Positions 26,100 through 38,055 of a stretch of DNA of 64,000 nt are shown one piece after another. Numbering within the stretch: the first letter of the stretch is position 1; each line of letters starts with the position of its first letter. Below the pieces are notes generated by a model that was given only the letters and a program-made list of their open reading frames with translations, ran no database searches and was not told the DNA's origin. The stretch is taken from the NCBI GenBank assembly GCA_030704615.1, contig CM060734.1:55800001-55864000 (forward strand), in the 5' to 3' direction. The DNA is from Takakia lepidozioides (lineage: Eukaryota; Plantae; Bryophyta). Both the position numbers and the translations under genes were made by a program.

Positions 26100-28089
26100 T
26101 GGCCTTGGTCCTCTTCATGCCCTCCGAGCGCATGATTACAACCATTTTGGCTGTATCAACTTATACGAGCAATTTGTTGGATTGTTGATGATGTTTGTCC
26201 ATAATGGAAGGAGGAGGTCCAAGAGATAGAGAAGGCCGATGATTGTAGGGGTAGAACCTCTACAGATGGGGTAGAACCTCTACAGGGAACCTCTCTGGGG
26301 TAGAACCTCTACCCATTGTAGGGGTAGAACCTCTACAGCGAGGCGGCTGTGGACAGTCTCTAGTCTCTACCTGCTTACAACCCCATCTATGATATGTTTC
26401 AATCCTACGGCTATGATAGGCTTAAAAATATATATCTTAATGGCAAGTTTTTTGAAGAGTTGGGTCTCCATCCAAAGAGCAGTACCTTTTGTTGGGCTGG
26501 GCCCAAGAGTTTGGCGCCATAAATCATGCCATGCAGGTAGCCATGTAATTTCTTGGTCTTAGGCCGGACCCTCGTGTCAACCGCTTGGGCTTGTTTTGAG
26601 GCTCTTGACCAATATGATTTCTTGTTTCTAGCTTGATCTTGGGGCCAGGTCCTCATGTAAACCAGCCCCAATTAGAGCCATGTTACACTAGGGACTAAGA
26701 CCAACTAAAAATGCAATGATCCTATTGATGGAGGGCATTTTCTTGGTCATGTTGGCTTTCCGTGCCGACCAAGACCAAGAAACTTTGGTCTAATATGGAC
26801 CAAGAAGGAACCCATGTGGTTTGCAGGACCAATTGCTGGGCTCACTTGGACCAAGTATATAGCCATTGAAATATACTTTTCTCAAATGATCGCGATCGTT
26901 GGTTCGAGTCAGTCTCGAATGTTGAGTGGAAAGAGAAGGTGATGCACCTCATTTTAAGTTTTCTTGATAGGTCGTGAGGCCTTTCCATACACCAACTTTG
27001 GTCCCTACCACATTAATATTTTTATATGCAGCTAGGGACCAAAGATGTGGACCAATTTGAAGCATGTTTCTTGGTCTTGGTCCACAAATAATCAAAAATA
27101 CCTAGAAAAGTTTGTAAGAGAAAAGAATTAATCAAGCCATGTGTTCAGACTAGCACCCCTAGCTCAGTTGGATATTGCACAGTGTGACACTCCAGTGGTC
27201 TGGGGACCAAATCCTTCTACTAATCTTGTCATGTGTTCTATCATCTATGGTTTGGCGGATTGTCATGTATACTTCATGGGGTACACCAAAATATGAGAGG
27301 CTCACAGTGCAGACTATCACAAGGCTGAGAAATGCACTCAATTTTGAAATATATAGGACTGGCCCAGTGCTTTGGCATCTGTAGGTCTGGGGTTCAACCC
27401 CCTGTGGGCTCCTCTGCCTTGGGCTGGGGTTCTGAGGGGGTTAATTATGCCCCTCAACAACGGCTGGAGCTGGTCCCTTCCAAAAGACTTGAAAAAATTG
27501 AAGTAATTAATAGTTTTGGATCCGAGTGAGCATTTTTGCTATACTAGACTAGATCTACACCCCAGTGAGGAAGATGGAGTGTGTGGATCCGAGCTGAATC
27601 GAGATGGTGGATCGAGAGTTCGAGATTCGGTTTGATGGTCACACGGATCGCGCAGATGAGAATTAGACTGGGTTGTCGAGATGGCAACATTCGATCCGGG
27701 CGCCATCGCAGAGAGTAGATGTTGCAGTGCAGACTGCAAGAATGTCACTTCTGGATGAGCATTGGGCGCATCATGATATTGTCTTCGTGATCGAGAAGGT
27801 GGCAATGCCACATGTAGCCAGGCTCAGTAGTTGGATCGAACGGGAACGGACCTCCATCTTGTGATGTGAAGCGAATGAGAAACCTGGTCACGTTTCCAGG
27901 CCAGGCCATTGCAGTATCCTTCCACCCCAAGGAGTCGTCGTCTGGGGGCCTCACCGTCCCAACGTAGCAACTGCTGTTGGTGTTCACATCAGAGGAGTTG
28001 TTCAAAACGCAGGTCTTGTTGAGGAACGAGGTTACGTTGTAAGATTGCTGGTTAAGGATTTGGAATCTGACGAGATGTATGTGGATGGG
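26100..28089 (+). repeat. Segmental duplication block, copy 1 (homologues at 35312-35820, 37072-37275 and 63103-64000)
   Basis: Collinear matches by eye: 26100-26690 with 35312-35820, 26690-26990 with 37072-37275 (gapped), and 27173-28089 with 63103-64000. Confidence 0.85.
27153..27220 (+). mobile_element. Degenerate tRNA-derived SINE head downstream of LPR copy 1
   Basis: A box TAGCTCAGTTGG (27160-27171) and B-box-like GGGACCAAATCC. The homologous copy at 63103 lacks the A box because the Copia LTR abuts it. Confidence 0.45.
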
Positions 28090-30203
28090 GTGGCCAACCC
28101 CGTTCGTTGCAGCGTTTACAATTTCCCATATCTCAGTTGCGTTCTCTCTGGGCAGCTCAGTGGCAGGGGAGTTCCAAGTGCGATTATCCAGCAACAATGA
28201 AGTTGCGATGCCGCCTCGATCGATTTCCAGGAGAGTCAGTTGTCGGATGACGGACACATCGCTCACTGACACCTCTACCGGGTCCCGCAATACCTCAGGA
28301 ATTGAACTGTTGTCTGTCCGCACGTCCTCTACCACTCGAAACTGCATCACTGGCAGAACCTGAGACATCCAGTTTACAGTTGATTGTAAAACAACCATTT
28401 ACAATTCTACAACAGATCTAGTGTAATATGGACTCATAAGTCTGAAGGTCGAGAGCTTCAAAACACGTCCAGCAAGAATTTAATCTAGCTCTAAACGCAA
28501 GAGTTGGACAAACAATTCGGAGCTGTGAACGAAAGAAAACAGTTATATACCTGTATGGCGCCAATATCTGGAGTTCCGTAGGGAAAAGGAACCGGGCCCG
28601 TGTTGTTGAGGATGACATCAGTATTAGGTTGCAGAATCGAGAAATCGACGATCAGATCGGCTCTCTCAGCTGGGGAGATTCGAACTTCCCTCTGTTGGAT
28701 TGGCGCGTCGAGAAACCCACCATCGGTGCCGATCCTCGTGAAATTCAACCCTGAACTATAAAAAGAGAGAACGAAGGTCCTGGAGTTCGCCCCATTCACG
28801 AATCTTAGCCTGTATTTGCGAGCAGAGACATACAAATACGGCCAAACCTTCCCGTTAACAACAATAGTGTCCCCCACATATTCAGGGCACCAGTTGGGGT
28901 GAACATCTGGGAGTTGTCCAACATTCGGAAAATTGATGGAGCCGTTGGGGAAAAATTGCTTGTCTTGCAAGATCAGTACGATATCAAACTCTCCCGCAGG
29001 CAGATTCTGAGCTTGTTCAGTAGCATTATCACCTTGGACGATGTAAGCTCCTGCAAGACCAGCAGCCATATTAAGCCTGGTAATTCCGACAGTGTGATCG
29101 TGATACCACAATAATGAAGGTCTCAGTGAATTCGGATAGGTGTATTTTTGTGTAACCCATTTGGGACCTGTTTCTCCTGTGCTGGTGATCCAGGCATTGG
29201 GATGTCCATCCGAGGCACTGTCACACTCCATCCCATGCAAATGTGTCACAATAGGCACTCCACCATTCTCTGGGTTCGCCCAGTCTAGGCTCCGGTCGAC
29301 GGTGAACATATGATCTCCCTCGATGTGATTTTCCCATAGGACTGTAACTGGTACATCCATCATTGCCATCAAAGTCGGCCCGGGATACATCGCAGTGTCA
29401 CAGCTTGTCCCATATGCATACAGCTGAGTCTCATTAAGATCTCGGTGTAGTTTCTGCAGTTTTTCAAGTGCACGTAATTCAAGCAACTGCAGCACACTGA
29501 AAAATCAAGTATGCATGGCTCACACGAGTCCTCATCCTATCAGACCTTGTCCTGTATTCATGTGGCCAGGTACTTAAGAGGTGAGGATGGATCGTGACCG
29601 AGGTTCACTGGTACAAACATCCATTAGAACAGATCATTCCTGAAAACAGGGCTCCAATGCGGCACCCCTAGAACTGATATAAATGTGTATGTAAAGCCTG
29701 ATAAATTTTTAGATCACAGTATCATGTGGCCCGGAGTCCACAGAGATTGATATTTTCTGGGAGTCTCAATCCACACCCTGAACTGTAAGTGTCTAGACGT
29801 TCAAAGTCCTCGCTTGATCAAGCTAGTGACTGCCTCGGTGACTGCATGATTTCATATGCACAGAGATCTGACCGTATTACACATTAAAGAGCTTTACAAC
29901 TTGAGGATAGAAAATGCATAGTGTACTTACCTGTAGTATTGCATAAGTTCCTAATGTAAGCCCGCTGCCGTTCGTAAGATCAATAGTCGGAAGAATTGGC
30001 AGAGCATCGACGTATTTTGTGAGGTTTGGAGAGGGGCTGAGCTTAAAGCAAACTGATGACGCGTTGCATTCTGCTGTTGTTTGTGCTGCTGTGCTCACTG
30101 ATTTGAAACCCAACCACAGAATGCCGTAAACGGTGAACGTCATGAGCATGTCTTCAACACTGCATATCCTGCCCCTCGTCATCGCCACCATCTTTCTGCC
30201 CAT
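27745..30203 (-). CDS. LPR1: LPR1/LPR2-like (CotA/bilirubin oxidase-type) multicopper oxidase, 3 exons, ~596 aa
   Basis: Exons 30203-29931, 29453-28551 and 28359-27745; GT-AG, phase 0. All four Cu-binding motifs are present: [32 protein letters not shown]. Family blocks KYVDALP, KLHRDL, WCPEYVGD and FDPTTEPGY are present, plus an N-terminal hydrophobic segment. The exact start Met is uncertain and the symbol is family-level. Confidence 0.93.
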
Positions 30204-31673
30204 AATTTACAACCAAGGTTCAAATGTTTGACATCAATACAATCAAAAATCCAGAAGGACAAACTAAATCTTGAAGGAAATACTGGGTAGGACTTGCTGC
30301 CCAAGCTTCAGAGCGACTCTTGATGATCAAAGGGTCCAAATCAGCAGCTCCAGCAAACTCAAGAGTGTCCATTGCAGTAATGTCGAGGAGGATTGCAGAA
30401 ACAGTCCCCAAAACAGTTCAAAGCCAGTAAACACAAGAACAACAGACTCGGATGGATTCTCCAGCATATGTGGTTACAGTTAGAACAGGGAAATGGGATA
30501 TTGCAAATTTGTGACTAGAAGGTCAAGCAAATGTTTTTGTAGTCTGGACAGAATTAGAAGTCGGGAAGTATTATTTCTTCCCGCTCAATATGATCTCCAT
30601 CTTGTCGACGTTGTTTGGATAACAAGAAAAGAGTGCATGCATGCAAATCCTATACCAGCGACAGTGGCCCCAGTTTTCCTTGGACACAGAGATTGGCCCC
30701 AGCTGCAGCTGGCGAGCTTCCACCACCCTCTTCCAGCAAGGGATCTATGTGCGATTTCTGGAATGCCTGCCGGTCAGCGCCCCCTGCTTTCACGTTTGTG
30801 CGGCTACCTGCTCTGACAGTTCCTGCCTTCCCTGATCTTCTAGGGGTCTGGACTCTGGACAACGAAATAGAAACGACTGAAGCGAATAGAGGAAAAAAAC
30901 CACTGAAGGAGTTGAAATTATGATAAACAAACACAGGAAAGTGTACCTTATCTAGAGATATGTCAAACAGTGTGCAGTGCACACACGGACAGACACAAAG
31001 ATATAAGTAGAATGTGAGAGGCAAGCTCTCCAGAGAGACGAAGGACTAAACTCTAGAATATTAATGCAAACAACACCTTAATCTGGTAGGCCATCAACCA
31101 AAACCCACCAGTATTTGTTGGTGATCTTGAGTCGTCGCCTGGAGGAACCAGTTTCCTTATGAAGGCACACTGGACACTAAGATTGAGTTGCTCTTTGTGA
31201 GGAGCTTATCCTGCAAATTCTTTGGACCTACCGAGCTCTAACAAGATTACGATGCCTCATGTAACCAAGCGCACTGTGCCTTTGAGCCAAATGCATTGTG
31301 CACATTTGTTGACCGCAGCATCCAATCGAATTTTTTTGGAGGAGGAAGTAGAAGCCTCAGTTTGTCGACAGAGCAGGGTTCCATGGGCACTCCCAAACGC
31401 CCCCCAAAGCAAGCGCCCTCGGAGTGAATCGCGTAAAAATGAGAGGGAGTGGTTCCATGGACAGCTTTCCATTCAGCCCTCTAGAAATCTTTGGCGCCGA
31501 TTGCTCTGGGCCCATGACATAGTAAATGACAACTAATATAAGTTTAGGATGAAAATGTCAAAAATCATTCCCTCGTAAAATCTAACTTTGGATCAACAAT
31601 ATCTGTAAGGCTGCCGCAAGAGTCAAGGGTGACACCAGGGCCACACAAGCCAAATACAGTCTAACCTCTTTAA

Positions 31674-32208
31674 CCCCTAAAGACCACGCAATTCTCAATG
31701 TAGTCAAACTTCGATATGTAGCTCTTGAATTTGAGAAAAAAAAAAATTTTGAATATTTTTCATAGATGAACCTATATGTTTGCTATAAATCTGAATTTTT
31801 CAGAATTATCTCATTAAAAGTGAAATATTATGATTTTCTTAAGCTTAATGTCTTCAAGAACTAATATCAATTACAATAAGTATCCAAAATTTATGAAAAT
31901 TTTACCTTGGGTATAAATCACAATGAAAAACACTTTGCTATATTTAAAAGTAAAAAAAAGTTCTTAAGTTGAAAAATTCGATAGAAAAACTATGCTGAAG
32001 AACAAATTGGCTCTTGACCCATTGAATTGGTAATTGCTATAAAAGATTCAATAATTGGAATTTTGATGACTCGCAAAGTGGAATAGACACAAGACTTGAT
32101 TATCTTCACTTTGTTAGTTCAACTCAAATGCAAAAAATATTGTTTTCAAGATGAAAACTAAGTTTGACCAGAGAGAAGCCACTGTAGGGCCTCTTGGGCG
32201 TTTAGGGA
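31674..32208. mobile_element. TTAA-flanked non-autonomous element, piggyBac-like termini
   Basis: TTAA|CCCCTAAAGACC at 31670 and GGGCGTTTAGGGA|TTAA ending at 32212, with an AT-rich non-coding interior. Confidence 0.35.
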
Positions 32209-32939
32209 TTAACATGACTCTCCATAATGTGACAACCTCGTGACAAATTTTGTGTTCGACTTGCATGTTTTTAACGATTGTGGCAAGGGTCCGTCGAAAT
32301 AGAGCGGTCTCTATGGTATATGTTTTCAGAATGGAATAAAGCCATATGCGGATATAGAGGACTGGTGCATTTATACGGTACATCTGCACCAATCCAGTGA
32401 GGCGAAACCTTCCGTAGTATAGCCAAAAACCTAAACCTATAGTGGCGGCGGCGAGTTTCGCATTGAAAAATATTTGGTGATATGGGCACAAATCTAAGCA
32501 ACGGTGGGTTTCGCATTGAGGAAAGAGAACCTTAAAAGAAAAAATATGGCAACAATTTCATGCAACGAAAACAAAATAGTTGCAGTTGATACAAAATACA
32601 ATTCTAATGCTATTGAACTGTGATGTTAAATAGAACTCGAAAAATGTATTTGTTCGCTCGTTCGAAAATAACACCAAACACATAGTAAGCAGAAAATATA
32701 GCGATATTGATCGAAATGATTTACATGACAATATAGACAGAATAACAAATGAGGATACTTTCGCTTACTGAAATTTCCTGTGGGAACGGAGAACATGTAC
32801 ATCTGTCATTTAAATCATCAATAAAACCAGAAAATTCCTTCTTGTGCGGTGAATTTTAGCACAAAATCTGAGAAGGTCTGAGATTGTTTCGCTTTGATAA
32901 CATCAATGTCGACAATTTTTAGTAATGAATTCAAAGATT

Positions 32940-34770
32940 GAAAAAAAATTCTCAACACGAAACTCTTGTCTGTCAGTGAATTTGTTCAAAACACTACATG
33001 CTTTTGAACAAATATGGAGGGATATGAACTAAAGATTTGAATAACTTCGCCGTAACAAAAGAATTTCTCAACACGAAATTTTTATCCGACTGTGATTGTG
33101 TACAAAAACCTACATACTTTTGAAACAATATAGAGGGATACGAACTGAGGGATTTGAACTCATTTGCCGTAAAAAAAGAGTTTCTCAACATGAAACTCTT
33201 GTCTGACAGTGTTATGGTTTAAGAATCTACATGCTTTAGAACCAATACGGAGGGATATGAACTGTTAGTTCGGCGTAGCAAAAAAGTTTCTCAACACGAA
33301 ACTCTTCTCTAACAGTGTTTTTGTTCAAGAACCTGCATGCATTTGGAACAATAATGGGGGATATTAATTGAGGGATTTGAACTCTTTCGCCTTGACAAAA
33401 AAGTTTCTTAACACGAAACTCTCGTCTAACATTGTTTTGGTTCAAAAGCATGCACAAAAGACTGCATGCTTTGGAACCAATATGGAGGGACATGGACCAA
33501 GGGATTTGAATTGCTTCGTCATAACAAAAGAGTTTCTCAACACGAAACTCTTCTCTAATAGTGTTTTTGTTCAAGAACCTGTATGCATTTGGAACAATAA
33601 TGAGGGATATTAATTGAGGGATTTGAACTCTTTCGCCTTGACAAAAGAGTTTCTTAACACGAAACTCTCGTCTAACATTGTTTTGGTTCAAAAGCATGCA
33701 CAAAAGACTGCATGTTTTGGAACCAATATGGAGGGACATGGACCGAAAAATTTGAATTGCTTCGTCATAACAAAAGAGTTTCTCAACACGAAACTCTTCT
33801 CTGACATTTTTTTTGCTCAAAAACCAGCATGCTTTTGAACAAATATGAGGGATTTGAATTGTTTCGCCATATCAAAAGAGTTTTTCAACACGCAACTCTT
33901 TTATGATAGTGTTTTTGTTCAAAAACCTGCATGGTTTTAACCCAATATGGAGGGACATGAAGTGAGGGATTTGAATTGCTTCGCCTTAACAAAAGAGTTT
34001 CTCAACACGAAACTCTTCTGTGACAGTGTTTTTGTTCAAAACCAGCATGCTTTTGAGTCAATATGGAGGGATATGGACTAAGGGATTTGAATTGCTTCGC
34101 CATAACAAATAGTTCTTCAACACGAAACTCTAGTCTGACAGTGATTGTGTTAAAAAAAACTGCATCATTTTGAACAAATATGGAGGGTTATGAACTGAGG
34201 GATTTGAACTCTTTGCCATGACAAAAAAAATTCTTAACACGAAACTGTGGGGTGACAGTGATTTTGTTCAAAAACCTCTATGCTTTTGAAACAATATGGA
34301 GGGATATGGACTAAGGGATTTGAACTCCTTTGCCGTAATACAAGAGTTTCTCAAAACGAAATTCTTGTCTGACAGGAGTTTTGTTCAAAAATCTGCATCA
34401 TTTCCTCAACACGAAACTCTTGTTTGAAAGTATTTTTGGAGGGATATGAACTGAGGGATTTGAACTGCAGCCGTAATAAAAGAGTATTTCAATACGAAAC
34501 TCTTGTCTGACAATGTATTTATTCAAAAACCAACATGTTTTTTAGACAATATGGAGGGATGTGAATCGAGGGAATTGAACTGTTTTTCTGCAACAAAATA
34601 GTTTCTCAACAAGAAACTCATGTTTGACATTCTTCTTGTTCAAAAACTTGTGTGCTATTGAAGCAATATTGAGCGATATCAACTGAGGGCTTTGAATTGC
34701 TTCATCATAACAAAAAGATTTTTCAACACGAAACTCTTATCTGACACTAAATTTGTTCAAAAACATGTGC
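32940..34770. repeat. Tandem minisatellite, ~117-bp monomer, ~16 copies, local 246-bp dimer
   Basis: The anchor TTTCTCAACACGAAACTCTT recurs at ~32953, 33069, 33186, 33292, 33409, 33538, 33655, 33784 ... 34724. The second motif AATATGGAGGGATATGAACTGAGGGATTTGAA recurs in most units. Confidence 0.92.
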
Positions 34771-35820
34771 GATTTTCTCTGGGCATCTGAAGAATATTTT
34801 TAATATTTTTTCGTGTTTGTGAGCATCCTAACTACACGCTACCCAACCTCTCTTTAGGGATCAGGGTTTCGGCTGCAAATGCATATCTCAATATATAATT
34901 ATAATAGTTGTTAGGGGAGAGAGTTTCACGCTGCAAAAATATACATGGGTAGGGCCTTTAAAAGTGACATATTTATCATTTTAGCTAGACTGTGATTTCT
35001 TCTCAGACTAGTTGGTACAGAGCTTCGTCGTGCGAAATTATCCATGGGTGATGATCGTAAATTTAAGGGTAGGCCTCACCGCCCACTCTCGTGCCTATTA
35101 TGAACAAGGCCTGGTATCGTGTGAGCACAACGTAAGAAAAAACCACGCTTATAGATCAACATGTTCATCATGTATAAGGGCTACTTGTTCTTTATGTGTT
35201 AGTTTCACAAAATTGTTAGTTTCGCCAAATCCGTTTCGCTGTGGAAATTTCGTGGAAATTTGGAGAATGCCCTTGTACTGACGTGAGCATGCTCACGCGC
35301 TACCTAACCTCTGGCCTTGGTCCTCTTCATGGCGCGTGATTACAACCATTTTGGCATTGCAACAACCTATAAATGAGCAATTTGTTGGATTGTCGATGAT
35401 GTTTGTGTTCATCATAGAAGGAGGAGAGATAGAGAAGGCTGATGATTTGTCTCGCAAAACCTGCGTGGAGTGGTTGCCGCTAGGTGGCTGTCGAGATTTT
35501 CTAGTCTCTACTTGCTGTGGCTGTGATAGGCTCAAAAATATATATCTTAATGGTAGGTTTTTTGGGCCCTGACAAGGAAAAGAGTTGGGTCTCCATCCCA
35601 AGAGCAGTTCATTTTGTTGGGCTGGGCCCAAGAGTTTGGCGCCATAAATCATGTCATGTAGGTAGCCATGTAGTTTCTTGGTCTTGCGTCCGGACCCTCG
35701 TGTAAACCGCTTGGGCCTGATTTGAGGCTCTTGACCAATATGATTTCTTGTTTCTAGATTGGTCTTGGGCCCATGTCCTTGTATAAACCGGCCCTAAAAT
35801 TAGGGTCACATTACACTAGG

Positions 35821-37071
35821 TGTCACGGACATAGCCCAGAGGATCTTATCAGGAGTAAATACCAGAAGTTACCAAGTTACCATGTTTCCAAAAGTTACCG
35901 TGATCTACCATGATCTACCATAATTTATCATAAGTTATCATTAGTTATCAAATTACCGAGAGTTTACCAAATTACCGAGAGTAACTTGGGAAACTGCTCA
36001 GAAAGCTTCATTTGTTTAAGTAAACTTCTCCATCAAGAAACCTCCTTTGGGGAAGCCTATCAGGGAACATCCTAGTAGCCAGTATATATAGAAGGTGAGA
36101 CTGAACACTCTTTAGTCTCGGTCGACGAAGTCCTAGACTCTCGCATCAAATATAAACATCTTGAGTATTTCGTACATTGGAAAGGCTACGATATCAGTGA
36201 ACGAACGTGGGAACCTTCATCCAACCTTGCCAATACATCTGACAAAGTCCAAGAGTTTCATCAACGATATCCAGCTAAGCCCCGAGCTACACGTCAATAA
36301 GACATCACAACGATGATGTCAGCCAAGTTAGCTTCAAGGTGAAGACTCCACATTCAGTGTACCTGATACACACTAAGGAGGGAGGTTCTCCAACTCTAAG
36401 CAAGTCCAAGATTTTACCGCTCCTCGAGGAACTCGGCGCTAGAGGAGGGGGTGATGTCACGGACATAGCCCAGATGAACTTACCAAGAGTAAATACCAGA
36501 AGTTGTCAAGTTGTCATGTTACCAAAAGTTATCATAATCTACCATGATCTATCTTGGTTTACCATAAATTACCATTAGTTACCAAGTTACCGGGAGTTTA
36601 CCAAATTATCGAGAGTAACTTGGGAAACTGCTCAGGAAACTTCCTTTATTTAAGGAAACTTCTCCATCAAGAAACCTTTGTTTAACCTTGAAAACTTTTC
36701 CATCAAGAAACCTCCCTTGGGGAAGCATTTTAGAGAACCTCTTAGTAGCCAGTATATATAGAAGGTGAGACTAGACACTCTTCAGTCTTGCCAACACAAG
36801 TTCAAGCTACTCTTGTTTCCAGTCCAAGTACTCCAGTCCAGTTTCCAGTATTCTAGTCCAGTTTCCAGTATCTAGTACTCCAGTCCAGTTTCCAGCATTC
36901 CAGTATCCAAGTCAAGTTCCAGTATCTTGTACTCTTATCCATTGTTATAAAGATCATCTTGATTCATGTATACCCATCATGTATTTGGCCACGCCGACCT
37001 TACTTCTTGTCTAGTCTTGTACCTCTAGTCTGATCTCTTGTTTGTGTTCAGTCATACTCTCGTCTTTGACA
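35821..37071 (+). mobile_element. Internally deleted chromoviral Ty3/Gypsy element: partial 5' LTR + chromodomain + PPT + full 3' LTR
   Basis: TGTCACGGACATAGCCCAGA starts at both 35821 and 36455, and the 3' LTR ends ...TTTGACA at 37071. The PPT AGAGGAGGGGGTGA precedes 36455. 36121-36300 encodes VDEVLDSRIKYKHLEYFVHWKGYDISERTWEPSSNLAN (chromodomain). The element interrupts the duplicated block exactly. Confidence 0.85.
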
Positions 37072-37339
37072 CTAAAGGTCACTAAGACCCACTAAAAATG
37101 TAAAATTAATGATCATTATCAATATATGAAGCGAGACGTTTGTTTTGTTTTATTTTGTTAAATGATTGTGAGCGTCGGTTCGAGTCAATCTCGAATGTGA
37201 GTGGGAAAGAGGAAGGTGATGGAAGGGATGCACCTCATTTTAAGTTTTCTTGATTTGTCGTGAGGCATTTACATCCATATCTCTTTGAGTCTGAGAGAAG
37301 TATGACATCACTATACTTGATTAGCTTGGTCTGTGTGGA

Positions 37340-37888
37340 TTTGAAATGTCTCAACACCTTAGTTATCATGCGATCGCAAAGTTCGATGAATACATGTTTC
37401 ATATCTGGAAGGACAAGATGCAAATGGTTCTTGTTAGAGAGGGCACATGGAAGGTTGTGTCTGGCAAACATAGCAAACATTCAGAGACTGATGTTGATGC
37501 ATTAGATCAGTGGGAGGATTTTGATCAGAGAGCTCTTGCATTCTTTGCATCTGAGTAATTCTTTGTTTGGGCAAGTGAGTAAGCATGAGACATCTTGTGA
37601 AGCTTGGGAGTTCCTAGTGAGGATGTATGAGCCCAAGAATGGAAATGCGTTGTTGCAGTTGCGACAACAATTTTTCACTCTTAAGATGAGTGAGAGAGAT
37701 TCCATTGCTTCTCACATAACCAAAATGCGAACTTTATTAAATCAGATTGCAGCGACAGGTTCAGAGATTTCAGAGTTAGACACATGCATGACATTGATTG
37801 GGAGTTTGACTCCAGCATTTGAGTGTGTTGTGGTATCTCTTGGAACTCGTCCTATTACTGATCTGTCTATAGAGTTAGTTGTTGAAGT
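37340..37888 (+). mobile_element. Ty1/Copia gag fragment (UBN2/Retrotran_gag_2-like)
   Basis: AKFD..FHIWKDKMQMVLVREGTWKVV, then after a frameshift EAWEFLVRMYE..LLQLRQQFFTLKMSERDSIASHITKMRTL..LIGSLTPAFE. Cut at 37888 by a CACTA end. Confidence 0.8.
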
Positions 37889-38055
37889 CACTACAACAGT
37901 CGCGGTATATATGACTGTATATATGACTATTCCGTAGTCATAAACGGTACATATGACTACAATGACTTTAAGTCGTGCAAACCAAGTGAATACAATGTAC
38001 AGTATGGTCGGTCATGGATGACTGCAGTCAGATGAACCAAGTGATACATCTCACT
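37889..38055 (-). mobile_element. Isolated CACTA terminus (inverted copy of 40435-40603)
   Basis: Begins CACTACAACAGTCGCGGTATATATGACTG. About 165 bp is similar to the reverse complement of 40435-40603. Confidence 0.75.

Noticed and set aside
21222-27220. Possible tRNA genes at 21222-21282 and 27153-27220
   Set aside because: Only A/B-box-like motifs are present. I could not fold acceptor and anticodon stems, so they are treated as SINE remnants.
7153-30203. Three 'bacterial-type' genes together as a horizontally transferred island or operon
   Set aside because: All have canonical spliceosomal introns and belong to families widespread in land plants. Orientations are mixed and spacers are long, so nothing supports a recent joint transfer.
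33236-33838. 194-aa repetitive ORF and overlapping ORFs
   Set aside because: A by-product of the 246-bp (multiple of 3) satellite dimer; no protein features.
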